Shown here piece by piece: positions 37,401 to 46,369 of a DNA stretch of 49,534 nucleotides. Source of the DNA: Gammaproteobacteria bacterium (GTDB lineage: Bacteria > Pseudomonadota > Gammaproteobacteria > S012-40); assembly GCA_029883265.1 (NCBI GenBank), contig JAOUJM010000009.1, positions 1 through 49,534 on the forward strand. Reading direction: 5' to 3'. The notes under the pieces are model-generated. The model made no database searches. It was not told the origin of the DNA and saw only the letters and a list, made by a program, of their open reading frames with translations. Position 1 is the stretch's first letter. Every line of letters begins with the position of its first letter. Made by a program: the position numbers and the translations under genes.

Positions 37401-37770
37401 GGATTATGAAATCGAACTTTGGAACGAATGTGCCAGGCTATTGACCAATGCTATCATCTATTTCAACTCCCTAATCCTAAACCACTTGCTCATTTATTTT
37501 GCAGACAACGGCGATGAAGAAAAACTCGAACTAACAAAAATGGTATCACCAGTAGCCTGGTATAATATAAATCTGAACGGAACATACAGTTTCAGCTTTG
37601 AACAAAACTTGCTCGATATTATAGAAATTATGAAACCATTGACTGAAAATCAGGAAAAAGGAAATTGAAGGGGCTCTGTAAGCTATGGATACCAAGGGCT
37701 GTAGCGATAATTGTTACATGCGGACGATATGTCCCTTGTACCCCAAGTAGGGGCCTCAAGAATTTAGAGG
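34496..37770 (+). mobile_element. Tn3-family single-gene transposable element with long (~110-bp, imperfect) terminal inverted repeats
   Basis: 34496-34606 is reverse-complement of 37661-37770 (core GGGGTGCTAGGGACATATCGTCCGCACGTAACAATTATCGCTACAGCCCC nearly perfect); right IR overlaps tnpA stop; no resolvase or cargo. Confidence 0.75.
34663..37668 (+). CDS. tnpA: Tn3-family transposase TnpA
   Basis: 1001 aa; C-terminal Tn3 signature VLSTDTHGVNHVNFALLDLFGYTFAPRYAQFG (DTHG...F-PR) and overall size typical of Tn3 TnpA. Confidence 0.8.
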   Translation: MAFKERLTILLEPKIRDLYRVPVLSLEQKRVCFALNDLELTCIATIRDRNQKCFAIALLGYFKVKPITLNPRFGDVQSDLFFIAKEYFPKFSVPRFSVNRMQRVRLYQKVLDVLGFKNWATSNELELFKHLKSIANSCIEPRYLFDAGIEYLAQKHIASPKYTVLQQIISKVITAEKQQIDTMLKTVMPPSLSTALNEQIFSDTSTTLRDVRRSAKSFTPAELEKELKTYDHICSWVDDIDLISGQLNLSIKNQQHFASMVDYYTLTKLKRFDRGTQQLYLICYLQERHQLIVEHLADGFIYHTRKLCEQAKIYAKETAYLDWQGAASNVGKAADLLRFFIDDDIDGTLPFETVREQAQDLLKARDIESLCLYLSKQKRALDDYVWEYYDQKTDLIERLLRPIFLSLEFQASTTTQTLASQIAVSQRELQTSQSLLTFDRRLIRPKQQPYVVIDNSVNENRFEILLYLMVQSKLDGQLYIPNAIKYRALQDDLISDEVWKGKKKLIKNSMLPRIDTAPKKLMGTMNKTLSKKLNDVSERIENGDNENVILRNRSGKTQWRLPSTGAKSMLNNPFFEQLKPVNIADLLRLIDKETGYLACFEHVRQIQTDQRFYVNDLLAAIIGNGTNYGIYGMASISDRSYEQLRTTQANYLRPETLNQANDTINNGIANLEIFKHYNIQEGLVHASADGQKFESRLETFKTRYSSKYFGTNKGVSALTLIANHAALNARVTGSNEHEPHYIFDLLYNNTSEIKPDVLSTDTHGVNHVNFALLDLFGYTFAPRYAQFGKVIEDMFVINEKDNQKPMLSLKKPINTQLIEQEWETIQRIIISLQRKTMTQATLVRKLSGYSKNHPLLQALTEYNRMIKAMYILDYIDDASLRRYVQRALNRGEAYHQLRRAIASVNGNRFRGSSDYEIELWNECARLLTNAIIYFNSLILNHLLIYFADNGDEEKLELTKMVSPVAWYNINLNGTYSFSFEQNLLDIIEIMKPLTENQEKGN

Positions 37771-37858
37771 CATAAATAATAAATACAACCATATATTCTT
37801 AGCGATCCAACGTAGACATTGTCACGGGTGTCGACTCGAAGGTTGAACGTGTTGGCAG

Positions 37859-38605
37859 TTACATATCCTCATCGAGACCTGATTGAAATTGTAGTTCTCT
37901 ACGGATTTTTTCTAAAGCAGCTTGATGTAGGTGGGACACACGGCTTCTGCTTACATTTAGTTGGTTTGCAATATCACTAAAGTCCATGTGTTGGTAATAA
38001 TGTGATTTAATGACAGTTTGTTCTTGTTCAGACAGATCTTCTAGCACTGATTGAATTTTGTCGCTCATTTCCATCATGTATTTGCTTTGATAGACACATG
38101 CTGAGGGTTGCTGCTGTGTTGAAGTGTGATGCGCATATGCATCTAGAAGACTGGTCAATGCTAAATTGATTGTCTGGGCCGCCACATCTGAGAAAGATTG
38201 AATGGTATTATTTTCTGACGTCTCAGTTTCAATTTTCAATGCATCTATGCGATCCTTCATGTATTTGTGCTGATAGGCTTGTTGTGAGCGTTGCTCCGTC
38301 AGCTTTCCGAGACCATTGAGAATCGACCCGCGTATACGGTGAGATGCAAAAGTATTAAACGCAATTCCGCGCGACGGATCGAAACGATCAATCGCTTCGA
38401 TGAGTCCGATGAGACCGAGTTGTTTGTAGTCAGAAAACTCTACATTGTTATCGATTCGTTTTGCATAGCATTGCGAAGCGACAATTTTCGCTAACTCATC
38501 ATAGTGTTGAATTAATTGGTCACGCGCTAACATCGATTGATCGCCTTTAAAAGCTTGCCATAGTGCTTGTTCTGATTGTTTGTGATTGGCACTTTTGTTG
38601 GTCAT
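37859..38605 (-). CDS. fliA: flagellar sigma factor FliA (sigma-28)
   Basis: Sigma-70 region 2 LIGLIEAIDRFDPSRGIAFNTFASHRIRGSILN and region 4 HTH QTVIKSHYYQHMDFSDIANQLNVSRSRVSHLHQAALEKIR. Confidence 0.8.
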   Translation of the reverse strand: MTNKSANHKQSEQALWQAFKGDQSMLARDQLIQHYDELAKIVASQCYAKRIDNNVEFSDYKQLGLIGLIEAIDRFDPSRGIAFNTFASHRIRGSILNGLGKLTEQRSQQAYQHKYMKDRIDALKIETETSENNTIQSFSDVAAQTINLALTSLLDAYAHHTSTQQQPSACVYQSKYMMEMSDKIQSVLEDLSEQEQTVIKSHYYQHMDFSDIANQLNVSRSRVSHLHQAALEKIRRELQFQSGLDEDM

Positions 38606-38624
38606 GTTTGATATTATCTCATGG

Positions 38625-39416
38625 TTAATGAAAACTACCCATTAGTGCACCGGTCACAACATTCCAACCATCAATTAACACAAACATTAAAATTTTGATC
38701 GGAAGTGAAATCATCATCGGCGGAACCATCATCATACCCATTGACATCAAGATACTTGCGACAATCATGTCGATCATCAAAAACGGGAGGAAAATTACAA
38801 ATCCAATCTGGAAAGCCGTCTTGAGTTCGCTGAGCATGAACGCCGGGATAAGTAAAAAATTGGAAATATCATCTAAGGTTTTTGGAACCTCGGTTTTTGA
38901 TATTTCAACCATCAACATCAAGTCCTGTTCACGTGTTTGCCTGATCATGAATTTCCGTAAGGGCGTCATTGCTTGTTCTGCAGCTTCTTCGGTTTCTATC
39001 TTGCCATCTAAAAAGGGCGTGATGGCATGTTGATGCATATCCTTAAAAACAGGTAGCATGGTAAACACCGTTAAAAATAGCGCCAAACTAATCAGCACAG
39101 AATTGGGCGGGGTTTGTTGCATGCCGAGTGCGTGACGCAACATTGAAAAAACAATAATAATTCGTGTGAAAGAGGTCATTACAACAATGATAGATGGCGC
39201 TAAACTTAATACTGTCATTACCAGTAGTATTTTGAACGCAGTTGCAACAGGCTTAGAATCTGATTGATTGTTTATGTCGATAGAAATGCCAGGCAAATTG
39301 ATATCCGCACCGAAACCTAGACAGGGTGCCAATGTGATCAAAATCAGCAATATAAACAAATATGGTTTCATGACTCGTGTATTTTTATTCACGAGAGTTT
39401 GTGTCCTGTTTATCAA
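38625..39416 (-). CDS. fliP: flagellar export apparatus protein FliP
   Basis: Signal peptide then conserved FliP TM blocks; C-terminus PIKILMFVLIDGWNVVTGALMGSF. Confidence 0.85.
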   Translation of the reverse strand: MINRTQTLVNKNTRVMKPYLFILLILITLAPCLGFGADINLPGISIDINNQSDSKPVATAFKILLVMTVLSLAPSIIVVMTSFTRIIIVFSMLRHALGMQQTPPNSVLISLALFLTVFTMLPVFKDMHQHAITPFLDGKIETEEAAEQAMTPLRKFMIRQTREQDLMLMVEISKTEVPKTLDDISNFLLIPAFMLSELKTAFQIGFVIFLPFLMIDMIVASILMSMGMMMVPPMMISLPIKILMFVLIDGWNVVTGALMGSFH

Positions 39417-39795
39417 TCACGACTACCGTATCGCCACTTTGAGCGAGCAAATATTCGTTGCGGCCAGTAGAGATGGTTATGAGCGTGGTCCGAGTTGTGA
39501 TTCGAGTTGAATCCAATATTTTTATTTTATTTTTTTTGTCCGGTGTAATGGCTGGCATAAGTCGACTTCGAAGAAAATATAAACCTGCATAAGCAAGTGC
39601 GAGAAGAATGATTAAAACAAACGCAACTTTCACAATGTAACCCGTGGTAATAACAGGATCGGTTTGCTTAAAGGGAATTGTGGTAGCGATGGTTGGCGGT
39701 TCATTGGAACTCACTACCGAGTTGTTATCGGTATATGCTGCCGGACTACAACAAACGATGATTAGCGTCGCTATGCCATGTCGCAGCCATTTCAT
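39385..39795 (-). CDS. fliO: flagellar protein FliO
   Basis: Single-TM ~135-aa protein between fliN and fliP; ORF track start 39828, likely start MKWL at 39795. Confidence 0.55.
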   Translation of the reverse strand: MKWLRHGIATLIIVCCSPAAYTDNNSVVSSNEPPTIATTIPFKQTDPVITTGYIVKVAFVLIILLALAYAGLYFLRSRLMPAITPDKKNKIKILDSTRITTRTTLITISTGRNEYLLAQSGDTVVVIDKQDTNSRE

Positions 39796-40109
39796 TTTGA
39801 GTCTTTTGGTTTGATTTCGGAAATACAAACGCCAAAACTATCATCGACGACGACTAAACTACCTCGTGCGATGACCTCACCATCCAATACAATATCAATA
39901 GGATCATCAATATCTCTATCAAGTTTTAATACAGAATTCTCTGCTAGTTGATAAAGGTCTGAAACAGATAGATCAGAGTGCCCAAGGATCGCATCGAGTT
40001 TTATTTTCACATTTTTAATGAGTGAGAAACCATCACTAAAAATGGCATTACCGGTTTGTTCACTCTCACCAATTTCTTCTAGTGTTGTTTTTTTAATTGC
40101 CATGAGCAA
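39792..40109 (-). CDS. fliN: flagellar motor switch protein FliN (short)
   Basis: SpoA domain DIVLDGEVIARGSLVVVDDSFGVCISEI. Confidence 0.75.
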   Translation of the reverse strand: MLMAIKKTTLEEIGESEQTGNAIFSDGFSLIKNVKIKLDAILGHSDLSVSDLYQLAENSVLKLDRDIDDPIDIVLDGEVIARGSLVVVDDSFGVCISEIKPKDSK

Positions 40110-40130
40110 TAACCCATATCCCTATTTTGG

Positions 40131-40937
40131 TTATTTACCTAGTAGCTTCATTGCTTTTTGTCCTTGTCTGGCACCAAGCGTCGCACAAATTGTTACAAAG
40201 TTATCGGCAACACCCAACAAAACTTGATTACTAATCGGATTATCGAGTTTAATCACATCGCCAACTTGGATGTGTTGAATATCTTCGAGTGAAAGATTTG
40301 CTGTACCCAGTTGTAGACATAGCCGAATGGTTTGATGCTGAATCGCTTCATTTAACGATTTCAATGGGGGCATCACGCGATGTGGATCGACGTCTTTGAT
40401 CGGCGTCAAATGACGTGTTAAATAGGGGCCCACATAAAACGTATATAGTGGTTGTTGTTGATGATGTACATCTATCTTAACCAGTCCATTACTATAAAGA
40501 CATGCGAAGTCGCTGTTTGAATTATCGAATGCTATGCCCGATGGATGTTGATCCGGATAAACTAGACGTCGGACTAAATCATCGAGCAATGAAATCAACA
40601 TTTTCTCGGTGATAGCGCCAGTGGGTGCAACAACTTTCGAGGTTGTGGGCCCATACGTTGGCAAAATGGTTGTCAGTAAGGAAAATAAATTTTCTTCATT
40701 TTGGATTGAGACATAACACCAATGATCGGCCTGATCAGGGCAATATCGATAACTTTTTGCTGATTGCAGGTCTTCCTCAACCGCTGCGATGGGAATGAGC
40801 TGTGCAGCCTGGACCTCAACCGAACTGAAGGCCCAATGTTGTGACCACCTAGCCAGCGCAAGTGACGCAAGCTCGTCAAGTCGTAATAAATGGCGTTTTC
40901 CTAGTAGTAAGTTGGGCTTAAAATCCATTTTTTTCAA
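40131..40937 (-). CDS. fliM: flagellar motor switch protein FliM-like (short, divergent)
   Basis: 268 aa; C-terminal SpoA-like segment VGDVIKLDNPISNQVLLGVADNFVTICATLG; position between flgE and fliN. Confidence 0.5.
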   Translation of the reverse strand: MKKMDFKPNLLLGKRHLLRLDELASLALARWSQHWAFSSVEVQAAQLIPIAAVEEDLQSAKSYRYCPDQADHWCYVSIQNEENLFSLLTTILPTYGPTTSKVVAPTGAITEKMLISLLDDLVRRLVYPDQHPSGIAFDNSNSDFACLYSNGLVKIDVHHQQQPLYTFYVGPYLTRHLTPIKDVDPHRVMPPLKSLNEAIQHQTIRLCLQLGTANLSLEDIQHIQVGDVIKLDNPISNQVLLGVADNFVTICATLGARQGQKAMKLLGK

Positions 40938-40944
40938 TTCCAGT

Positions 40945-42153
40945 TTAGCGGCCCTTTGCCATATCTAATAGCTGCTGAATCATCTCATTTGCTGTGGTTA
41001 GAATCTGAGATGATGCTTGATAACCACGTTGAATAATTATCATATCGGTAAATTGTTGAGTAAGTTCAACATTAGATGACTCAATTCCACCCGCGACCAA
41101 TTTGCCCATCCCTTGGAGGTTGGCGTAACCCAATGTAGGCGATTGTCCGTTAACGGCTTCAAAACGGCTGTTGCTCAATCGTTTTAAGCTCTGCAAGCTA
41201 TCAAAGTTTGCGATTGCTAAACGATCAAACTGACGACTTTGCCCATTAGAATAATTTACTGAAATATTCCCATCTTCATCAAAGGTCAGGGTTGTCTGAG
41301 AACCCAACTGATGACCATCGGCGCTATCGACGGAAAGAGTTGAAACCGTACCTTCAATAAAACCGGTGGAACCGACAAACGTACCGTCCGCACCAAAATC
41401 AAGCGTGACGTTACTGCTGGCGACCCCACTCGGCGAAAAGGCGAAATTTACCGAATTGAATCCTGCTTCCGGTGAACCGTTACCTTGATAGCGAATTTCT
41501 CCGCCTGCTAATAAGATATTGCCAAATTGATCTTCTACATCAATCAGCCAACTCCGTGGCGTAACAGCATTATTGTTGGTGAATGTCATTCGAAGTTGAT
41601 GTTGACCACCATCACTATCAAACACGTTAATGTTATTGACCACATGCGAACTCGATCCGATTGATAAATTGTTGGTGAATTGGATGATGCTTGTGGCACT
41701 CGGTGGATCAATTCGGTATTGCTTGACGTTTATTTTTGACAAACTACCGTTTGAGAGCCCCATCACATAGCTATTGGCGACCTTCGAAATGAGATAACCA
41801 TCGTCATCAACCTCAAACTGACCGGCGCGTGTGTAATAAGTATGTTGGCCATCACGTAGCACAAAAAAACCATTGCCATCCAATGCAACATCGGTGTCAT
41901 TTCCTGTATTTTGTATATCGCCTTGACCAAAAAAGGTCGTTGTCTGATTGGCTTGTACACCATTTCCAATCTGCTGACTGGCATAGTTTCCCTGACTCCC
42001 GGCCAAGCGATATTGATAAATCAAGTCATTAAATAGCAAATCGTTACCTTTATATCCTGGCGTATTGAGATTCGCAATATTGTCACTGAGCACGTCGAGG
42101 CCTTTTGAAAAAGACAACATACCCGAAAGGCCGCTATAGACTGATGTAAACAT
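40945..42153 (-). CDS. flgE: flagellar hook protein FlgE
   Basis: N-terminal flagellar rod/hook motif SGLSGMLSFSKGLDVLSDNIANLNTPGYK, C-terminal conserved helix; 402 aa; downstream of flgD. Confidence 0.8.
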   Translation of the reverse strand: MFTSVYSGLSGMLSFSKGLDVLSDNIANLNTPGYKGNDLLFNDLIYQYRLAGSQGNYASQQIGNGVQANQTTTFFGQGDIQNTGNDTDVALDGNGFFVLRDGQHTYYTRAGQFEVDDDGYLISKVANSYVMGLSNGSLSKINVKQYRIDPPSATSIIQFTNNLSIGSSSHVVNNINVFDSDGGQHQLRMTFTNNNAVTPRSWLIDVEDQFGNILLAGGEIRYQGNGSPEAGFNSVNFAFSPSGVASSNVTLDFGADGTFVGSTGFIEGTVSTLSVDSADGHQLGSQTTLTFDEDGNISVNYSNGQSRQFDRLAIANFDSLQSLKRLSNSRFEAVNGQSPTLGYANLQGMGKLVAGGIESSNVELTQQFTDMIIIQRGYQASSQILTTANEMIQQLLDMAKGR

Positions 42154-42170
42154 ATGACTACCCCAACGAA

Positions 42171-42578
42171 TTATCGAACAATCAGAATTTGTGACAAGCT
42201 AATATCAGACAAAAATGCGCCAAAGGAATTTTGCACGGTCAAACGCGGGATGCCATTTTCGAAACTCACCGACGATACGGTACCTAGTTGTTGTCCAGCC
42301 GCGGTGGTCACTTCAACCGTTTTTCCAATCAAGTTGATCGACTGATTACTTGCTTGAAATGACAATAGTGCATCCATTTTCTCATTCATTTGTCGATTCA
42401 GTTCAAGATTGGTAAATTGCGCTAGTTTTGCGATGAACTCCTGATTATCCATCGGCTTTAACGGATCTTGATAACTTAACTGTGACAGCATGATTTTAAA
42501 TAAATCTTCTTGCCCAACATTCGTATTCTGAACGGAGTTTGTTGCTGCGGAGACATTCCCAATCGATTCAGTTGCCAT
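42171..42578 (-). CDS. flgD: flagellar hook capping protein FlgD
   Basis: N-terminal motif DLFKIMLSQLSYQDPLKPMDNQEFIAKLAQFTNLE. Confidence 0.75.
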   Translation of the reverse strand: MATESIGNVSAATNSVQNTNVGQEDLFKIMLSQLSYQDPLKPMDNQEFIAKLAQFTNLELNRQMNEKMDALLSFQASNQSINLIGKTVEVTTAAGQQLGTVSSVSFENGIPRLTVQNSFGAFLSDISLSQILIVR

Positions 42579-42618
42579 GTTTACCTCCTAGATAGTCTTT
42601 ACCAATCAACTCAACAGC

Positions 42619-43266
42619 CTACTTTGATGTATGACCATTTAGCGTAAATGATTTAATTTTGATGCCCATTTTTTTGAAATAACTCATTACGCTTGTCTTG
42701 AGTTTTTCAAGTAGATGTGGTGTTTGCAATGTGGTACGCATGAGTATTTGTGCTTGTTGTTGATCAATGTGTATTGCAATAGTTGATGCCGGTGATGGAT
42801 GCCGTGTTTGCGGCTGATTGAAATCGATGCTTGCTAGTCGACTTGGCAACGATTTGCTGTGTTTTGTCGTTTGCAATAATGTTGGCCAGTGTGCAGTGGA
42901 TACGGTAGTGCCGGGTTGCGGCTGCATATGGTTGTGTGTAGCTGCGTAAGCGACACGCGTTAGTAGCGGTTTGTCATGGTGATTGGCGAGTGCTGTAAAT
43001 GTTGGCTTGTGGTTTGTTGCAACCAAGGGTTGTACCGATACCTTCAATGGTGTTAGTTGAACGGACTCAGCGGTGACGCGTGTTTTCGGTAGTGGATTAG
43101 ATCCTTCAGTTGCCTTGCCTTGATTAAGGTGAGTCTGCTCCAGGCGTATACGTAATGCTTGCTCAAACTCTACACCGGTTTGGCTGCGCTGTTGTTGCTT
43201 CATCGGCACAAGAATGTGCTGTATATTGAATTCGGTTTTCATCGCCCTCTCCTGGTAAGCAGCCAA
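42619..43266 (-). CDS. fliK: putative hook-length control protein FliK
   Basis: Pro/Gln/Thr-rich 215-aa protein between fliJ and flgD with C-terminal domain ...IAIHIDQQQAQILMRTTLQTPHLLEKLK. Confidence 0.45.
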   Translation of the reverse strand: MAAYQERAMKTEFNIQHILVPMKQQQRSQTGVEFEQALRIRLEQTHLNQGKATEGSNPLPKTRVTAESVQLTPLKVSVQPLVATNHKPTFTALANHHDKPLLTRVAYAATHNHMQPQPGTTVSTAHWPTLLQTTKHSKSLPSRLASIDFNQPQTRHPSPASTIAIHIDQQQAQILMRTTLQTPHLLEKLKTSVMSYFKKMGIKIKSFTLNGHTSK

Positions 43267-43712
43267 AGCTCATCCATTTGCTTAGTGAGTTGTTTCTCCT
43301 GATGTAGCGACGCTTGGCGATGGTTTTTTTCTTTCAGGTTTTCGAACGACTTGATTTCAATTAGCGCTTGATTCAGATGTTTGATCACCTGATTAAGGCG
43401 TTCGTCCACCTGCAATTTTTCGGCTTCGGTTCGCTCCAATTCATCGATTAGGTCCAGCAGATATTCGCGCTGTAACAAGTATTCTGTCATATCGAATTGT
43501 TCATTATGTTGTGCATAACGTTGTATATCGTCTCGAATCACGTCAATTTGCTGAAGGGTTTTTTCAATTAATTGTTCATAGTGTTGTTGCTCTTGGCGAA
43601 CCGTGGCATATTCATGGCGACGGTCTTCAAGATGTATGGTATGTTTTTTGATGACCGATTCGAGCGTAGTTGCTTTTTTTACGTAATTTCTACTCATTTT
43701 AGTTTTCCCCAA
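43239..43712 (-). CDS. fliJ: flagellar export chaperone FliJ
   Basis: ~155-aa coiled-coil protein immediately downstream of fliI. Confidence 0.6.
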   Translation of the reverse strand: MGKTKMSRNYVKKATTLESVIKKHTIHLEDRRHEYATVRQEQQHYEQLIEKTLQQIDVIRDDIQRYAQHNEQFDMTEYLLQREYLLDLIDELERTEAEKLQVDERLNQVIKHLNQALIEIKSFENLKEKNHRQASLHQEKQLTKQMDELWLLTRRGR

Positions 43713-45009
43713 AAAGTTTTTGCATCGTTGTTATATTGGTATCTTCACTAATTCGCTCATGAAGTTGCTGGGTTAGAAAATGCTTCAATTCTGGTACGCG
43801 TTTAATTGCCTCATCAATATCCTGATTGCTACCGTGCTGATAGGCGCCTATATCAATCATGTCCTTGGCATTCATATAGTCACTCATCGCTTTCAAACCT
43901 TTTTGCACCAATGTTTGTTGTGATTCGCCAATCAGTTGATTAATGAGTCGACTATTACTTTGTAGGATATCGATAGCCGGAAAGTGGCCTTGCTGAGCGA
44001 GCTCACGGGTTAAAACAATATGCCCATCCAATATTGAGCGAATGCTGTCAGCAATCGGATCATTTACATCATCGCCTTCGACTAATACGGTGTACAAGGC
44101 GGTTATCGAACCACCATTCACACTTGTTCCCCCGCGTTCGAGTAATCGAGGTAACATTGCAAATACCGATGGTGTATAACCGCGAGCCGTGGGTGGCTCG
44201 CCAATTGCGAGTCCGATTTCGCGCTGTGCCATCGCATATCGAGTAATCGAGTCCATGGTTAATAGCACATCTCGTCCTTGATCCCGAAAATATTCAGCAA
44301 TCGCCGTGGCGGCAAAGACGGCATGTGAACGCACGAGCGCGGGCTGATCGGAGGTGGCGACGATTACCACGGATCGCGCTAAGCCTTCCCCACCAAGTGA
44401 TTGTTCAATGAATTCCAAGACTTCTCTGCCGCGCTCACCAATTAATGCAATAACGTTCACATGGGCTTTGGTATTTCGTGCTAACATACCAAGCAACGTA
44501 CTTTTACCGACGCCACTTCCTGAGAAAATACCGATACGTTGTCCTTTGCCTAAAGTTAAAAACGTGTCGATTGCGCGAATCCCGGTCTCCAATTTTTCGC
44601 TTATGCGCGGCCGATTAAGCGGGTTCATCGGATTCGCATAATGAGGATAATGCTCGTTAATGTTTGTCAACGGTAGTCCGTCGAGCGGTTCACCAAATCC
44701 ATCAATTACCCGTCCTAATAGTGCCTCTCCCACGGCAACTTGGGCTGCTTTACCGGTACCGACCACTTCACTGCCTAATTGAATTCCCGTCATATCACCA
44801 TATGCCATCAATAAGACACGGCCGTTTTTGATGCCGACCACTTCTGCTGGAATCGGCTTCGCTTGAGTTTTTATGTAGATTTCACAACGCTCACCTAAAA
44901 ACACATTGGGTCCATCCGACTCAATGACCAGACCGAAAAACTGTGTGACCGTTCCGATCTCACGCACAAAATCCATCGCCTTAACTGCAAGTCGCATCGC
45001 ATCTGTCAT
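43699..45009 (-). CDS. fliI: flagellum-specific ATPase FliI
   Basis: Walker A GIFSGSGVGKST, Walker B region RDVLLTMDSITR, F1/T3SS ATPase architecture; 436 aa. Confidence 0.9.
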   Translation of the reverse strand: MTDAMRLAVKAMDFVREIGTVTQFFGLVIESDGPNVFLGERCEIYIKTQAKPIPAEVVGIKNGRVLLMAYGDMTGIQLGSEVVGTGKAAQVAVGEALLGRVIDGFGEPLDGLPLTNINEHYPHYANPMNPLNRPRISEKLETGIRAIDTFLTLGKGQRIGIFSGSGVGKSTLLGMLARNTKAHVNVIALIGERGREVLEFIEQSLGGEGLARSVVIVATSDQPALVRSHAVFAATAIAEYFRDQGRDVLLTMDSITRYAMAQREIGLAIGEPPTARGYTPSVFAMLPRLLERGGTSVNGGSITALYTVLVEGDDVNDPIADSIRSILDGHIVLTRELAQQGHFPAIDILQSNSRLINQLIGESQQTLVQKGLKAMSDYMNAKDMIDIGAYQHGSNQDIDEAIKRVPELKHFLTQQLHERISEDTNITTMQKLFGEN

Positions 45010-45016
45010 AACACTA

Positions 45017-45847
45017 CTACTTTTTCTCGGACCTTAATTGTTTAGCATTCATGAGTACTTCGACAAAACGTTGATATTGAGTTTCCAGTCGGCCATCAAT
45101 GGTGTGTAGCGGCGATTCCAATATGCAGCCGCCGAGTTGTACTTTGGCATCCGCTTGTATTGATATATTCGGACTTGACTTAAGGCGATCTAATTTGTCT
45201 TTATGATGCTCAACGATATCAAAATCATCCGGATTAACCCGTACGACAAGATTATCGAGTTGTTTTGCGTGGGTAATTGTCTCTTTGATCATTGCAAGAA
45301 TCCCCTTCTCGGTGATCAATTGCTTACCCAGAATTTTTTGAACGGCTGTTAAAACAATATCAATTACCGCATCTTCTTCATGTTCGATGAGGTCTTGGTA
45401 TGCGTGGTTAACACTTTCAAGTAATGTTAGAAACGTCTGTATGAGCTCAGACCACTCTTCACTCGCCGCTTGTTCACCGGCTTGATAGCCATCTTGATAG
45501 CCCGATTGGAGTGTTGCTTCATTACTATTTTCAATCGCTTGCTGCTGATTCTGTAGTTGCTCTTGGAGCTGTTCTACCGTTTGTTCTAATCCTGCGTTTT
45601 CATTGGTTAGTTGTTCAAGTTTCGCTGACAATTCTTGTCTTTGTTGTACCTGTAATTCTGCTTGGTGCGTCGTCTGTTCGTTCGTCGATTGATCGTTCGT
45701 TACAAAAGATGGATCCAATTCAACAGGTGTAGGTGGCCCGGATTGTTCAGCATCCACTTCTTCTGACTTAATCATACTTTCAGCATCGGCCTGTGAAATC
45801 ACATGGGTGTCCGATACCAGTGGTGGTGACTTAATTACTTCTGCCAT
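45017..45847 (-). CDS. fliH: flagellar assembly protein FliH
   Basis: Gln/Glu-rich coiled coil followed by FliH C-terminal domain; directly upstream of fliI. Confidence 0.65.
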   Translation of the reverse strand: MAEVIKSPPLVSDTHVISQADAESMIKSEEVDAEQSGPPTPVELDPSFVTNDQSTNEQTTHQAELQVQQRQELSAKLEQLTNENAGLEQTVEQLQEQLQNQQQAIENSNEATLQSGYQDGYQAGEQAASEEWSELIQTFLTLLESVNHAYQDLIEHEEDAVIDIVLTAVQKILGKQLITEKGILAMIKETITHAKQLDNLVVRVNPDDFDIVEHHKDKLDRLKSSPNISIQADAKVQLGGCILESPLHTIDGRLETQYQRFVEVLMNAKQLRSEKK

Positions 45848-45865
45848 TCAACACCTTCTATTCGA

Positions 45866-46369
45866 TTAGCCTAGCGCAGTCTTAATATAATCCCTGTGTA
45901 AGTTGTTCGCTGTTGAGTCCTGTTGAGCGTCAGCCTGATACTGTTCCAGTAAATGGGTGAACATCATAATCACCACATTGGGTTGTGGGCGAGTCGATGA
46001 TGTATCGATGCGGTTAATCAATTTCAATTGGTCAATAATAGTTTGTTTCCAAGACCAATCATAATAATGAACAATTGCATTGACGATTAGCATACTCTCC
46101 CGTCCAAACACTTGCTTGAGTCTATCCGGGGCGAGTCCATCAACAATTGAGCACAGTGTTTTCAATGTTAAGGTTTGTCCTAGATGCTCAGGTAATAAGT
46201 GAGCATAGTTTTCGACAACGTATTCTCGTGGAACTGCAAGATGATCTAATTCTTCTAAGTTTACTTCGACTTGAAAGCGCATCGCTTCTGGTACACGTTT
46301 TAACAACCAATGTCGATCACTTGAATCCATCAAATACAAAATGAGTGAAATTTGTTTTGAGATATCCAT
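45866..46369 (-). CDS. short FliG-like protein (167 aa; about half normal FliG length)
   Basis: Occupies fliG position between fliF and fliH; N-terminal ISLILYLMDSSDRHWLLKRVPEAMRFQVEVNLEEL loosely resembles FliG N-domain; no canonical C-terminal torque helix recognised. Confidence 0.35.
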   Translation of the reverse strand: MDISKQISLILYLMDSSDRHWLLKRVPEAMRFQVEVNLEELDHLAVPREYVVENYAHLLPEHLGQTLTLKTLCSIVDGLAPDRLKQVFGRESMLIVNAIVHYYDWSWKQTIIDQLKLINRIDTSSTRPQPNVVIMMFTHLLEQYQADAQQDSTANNLHRDYIKTALG

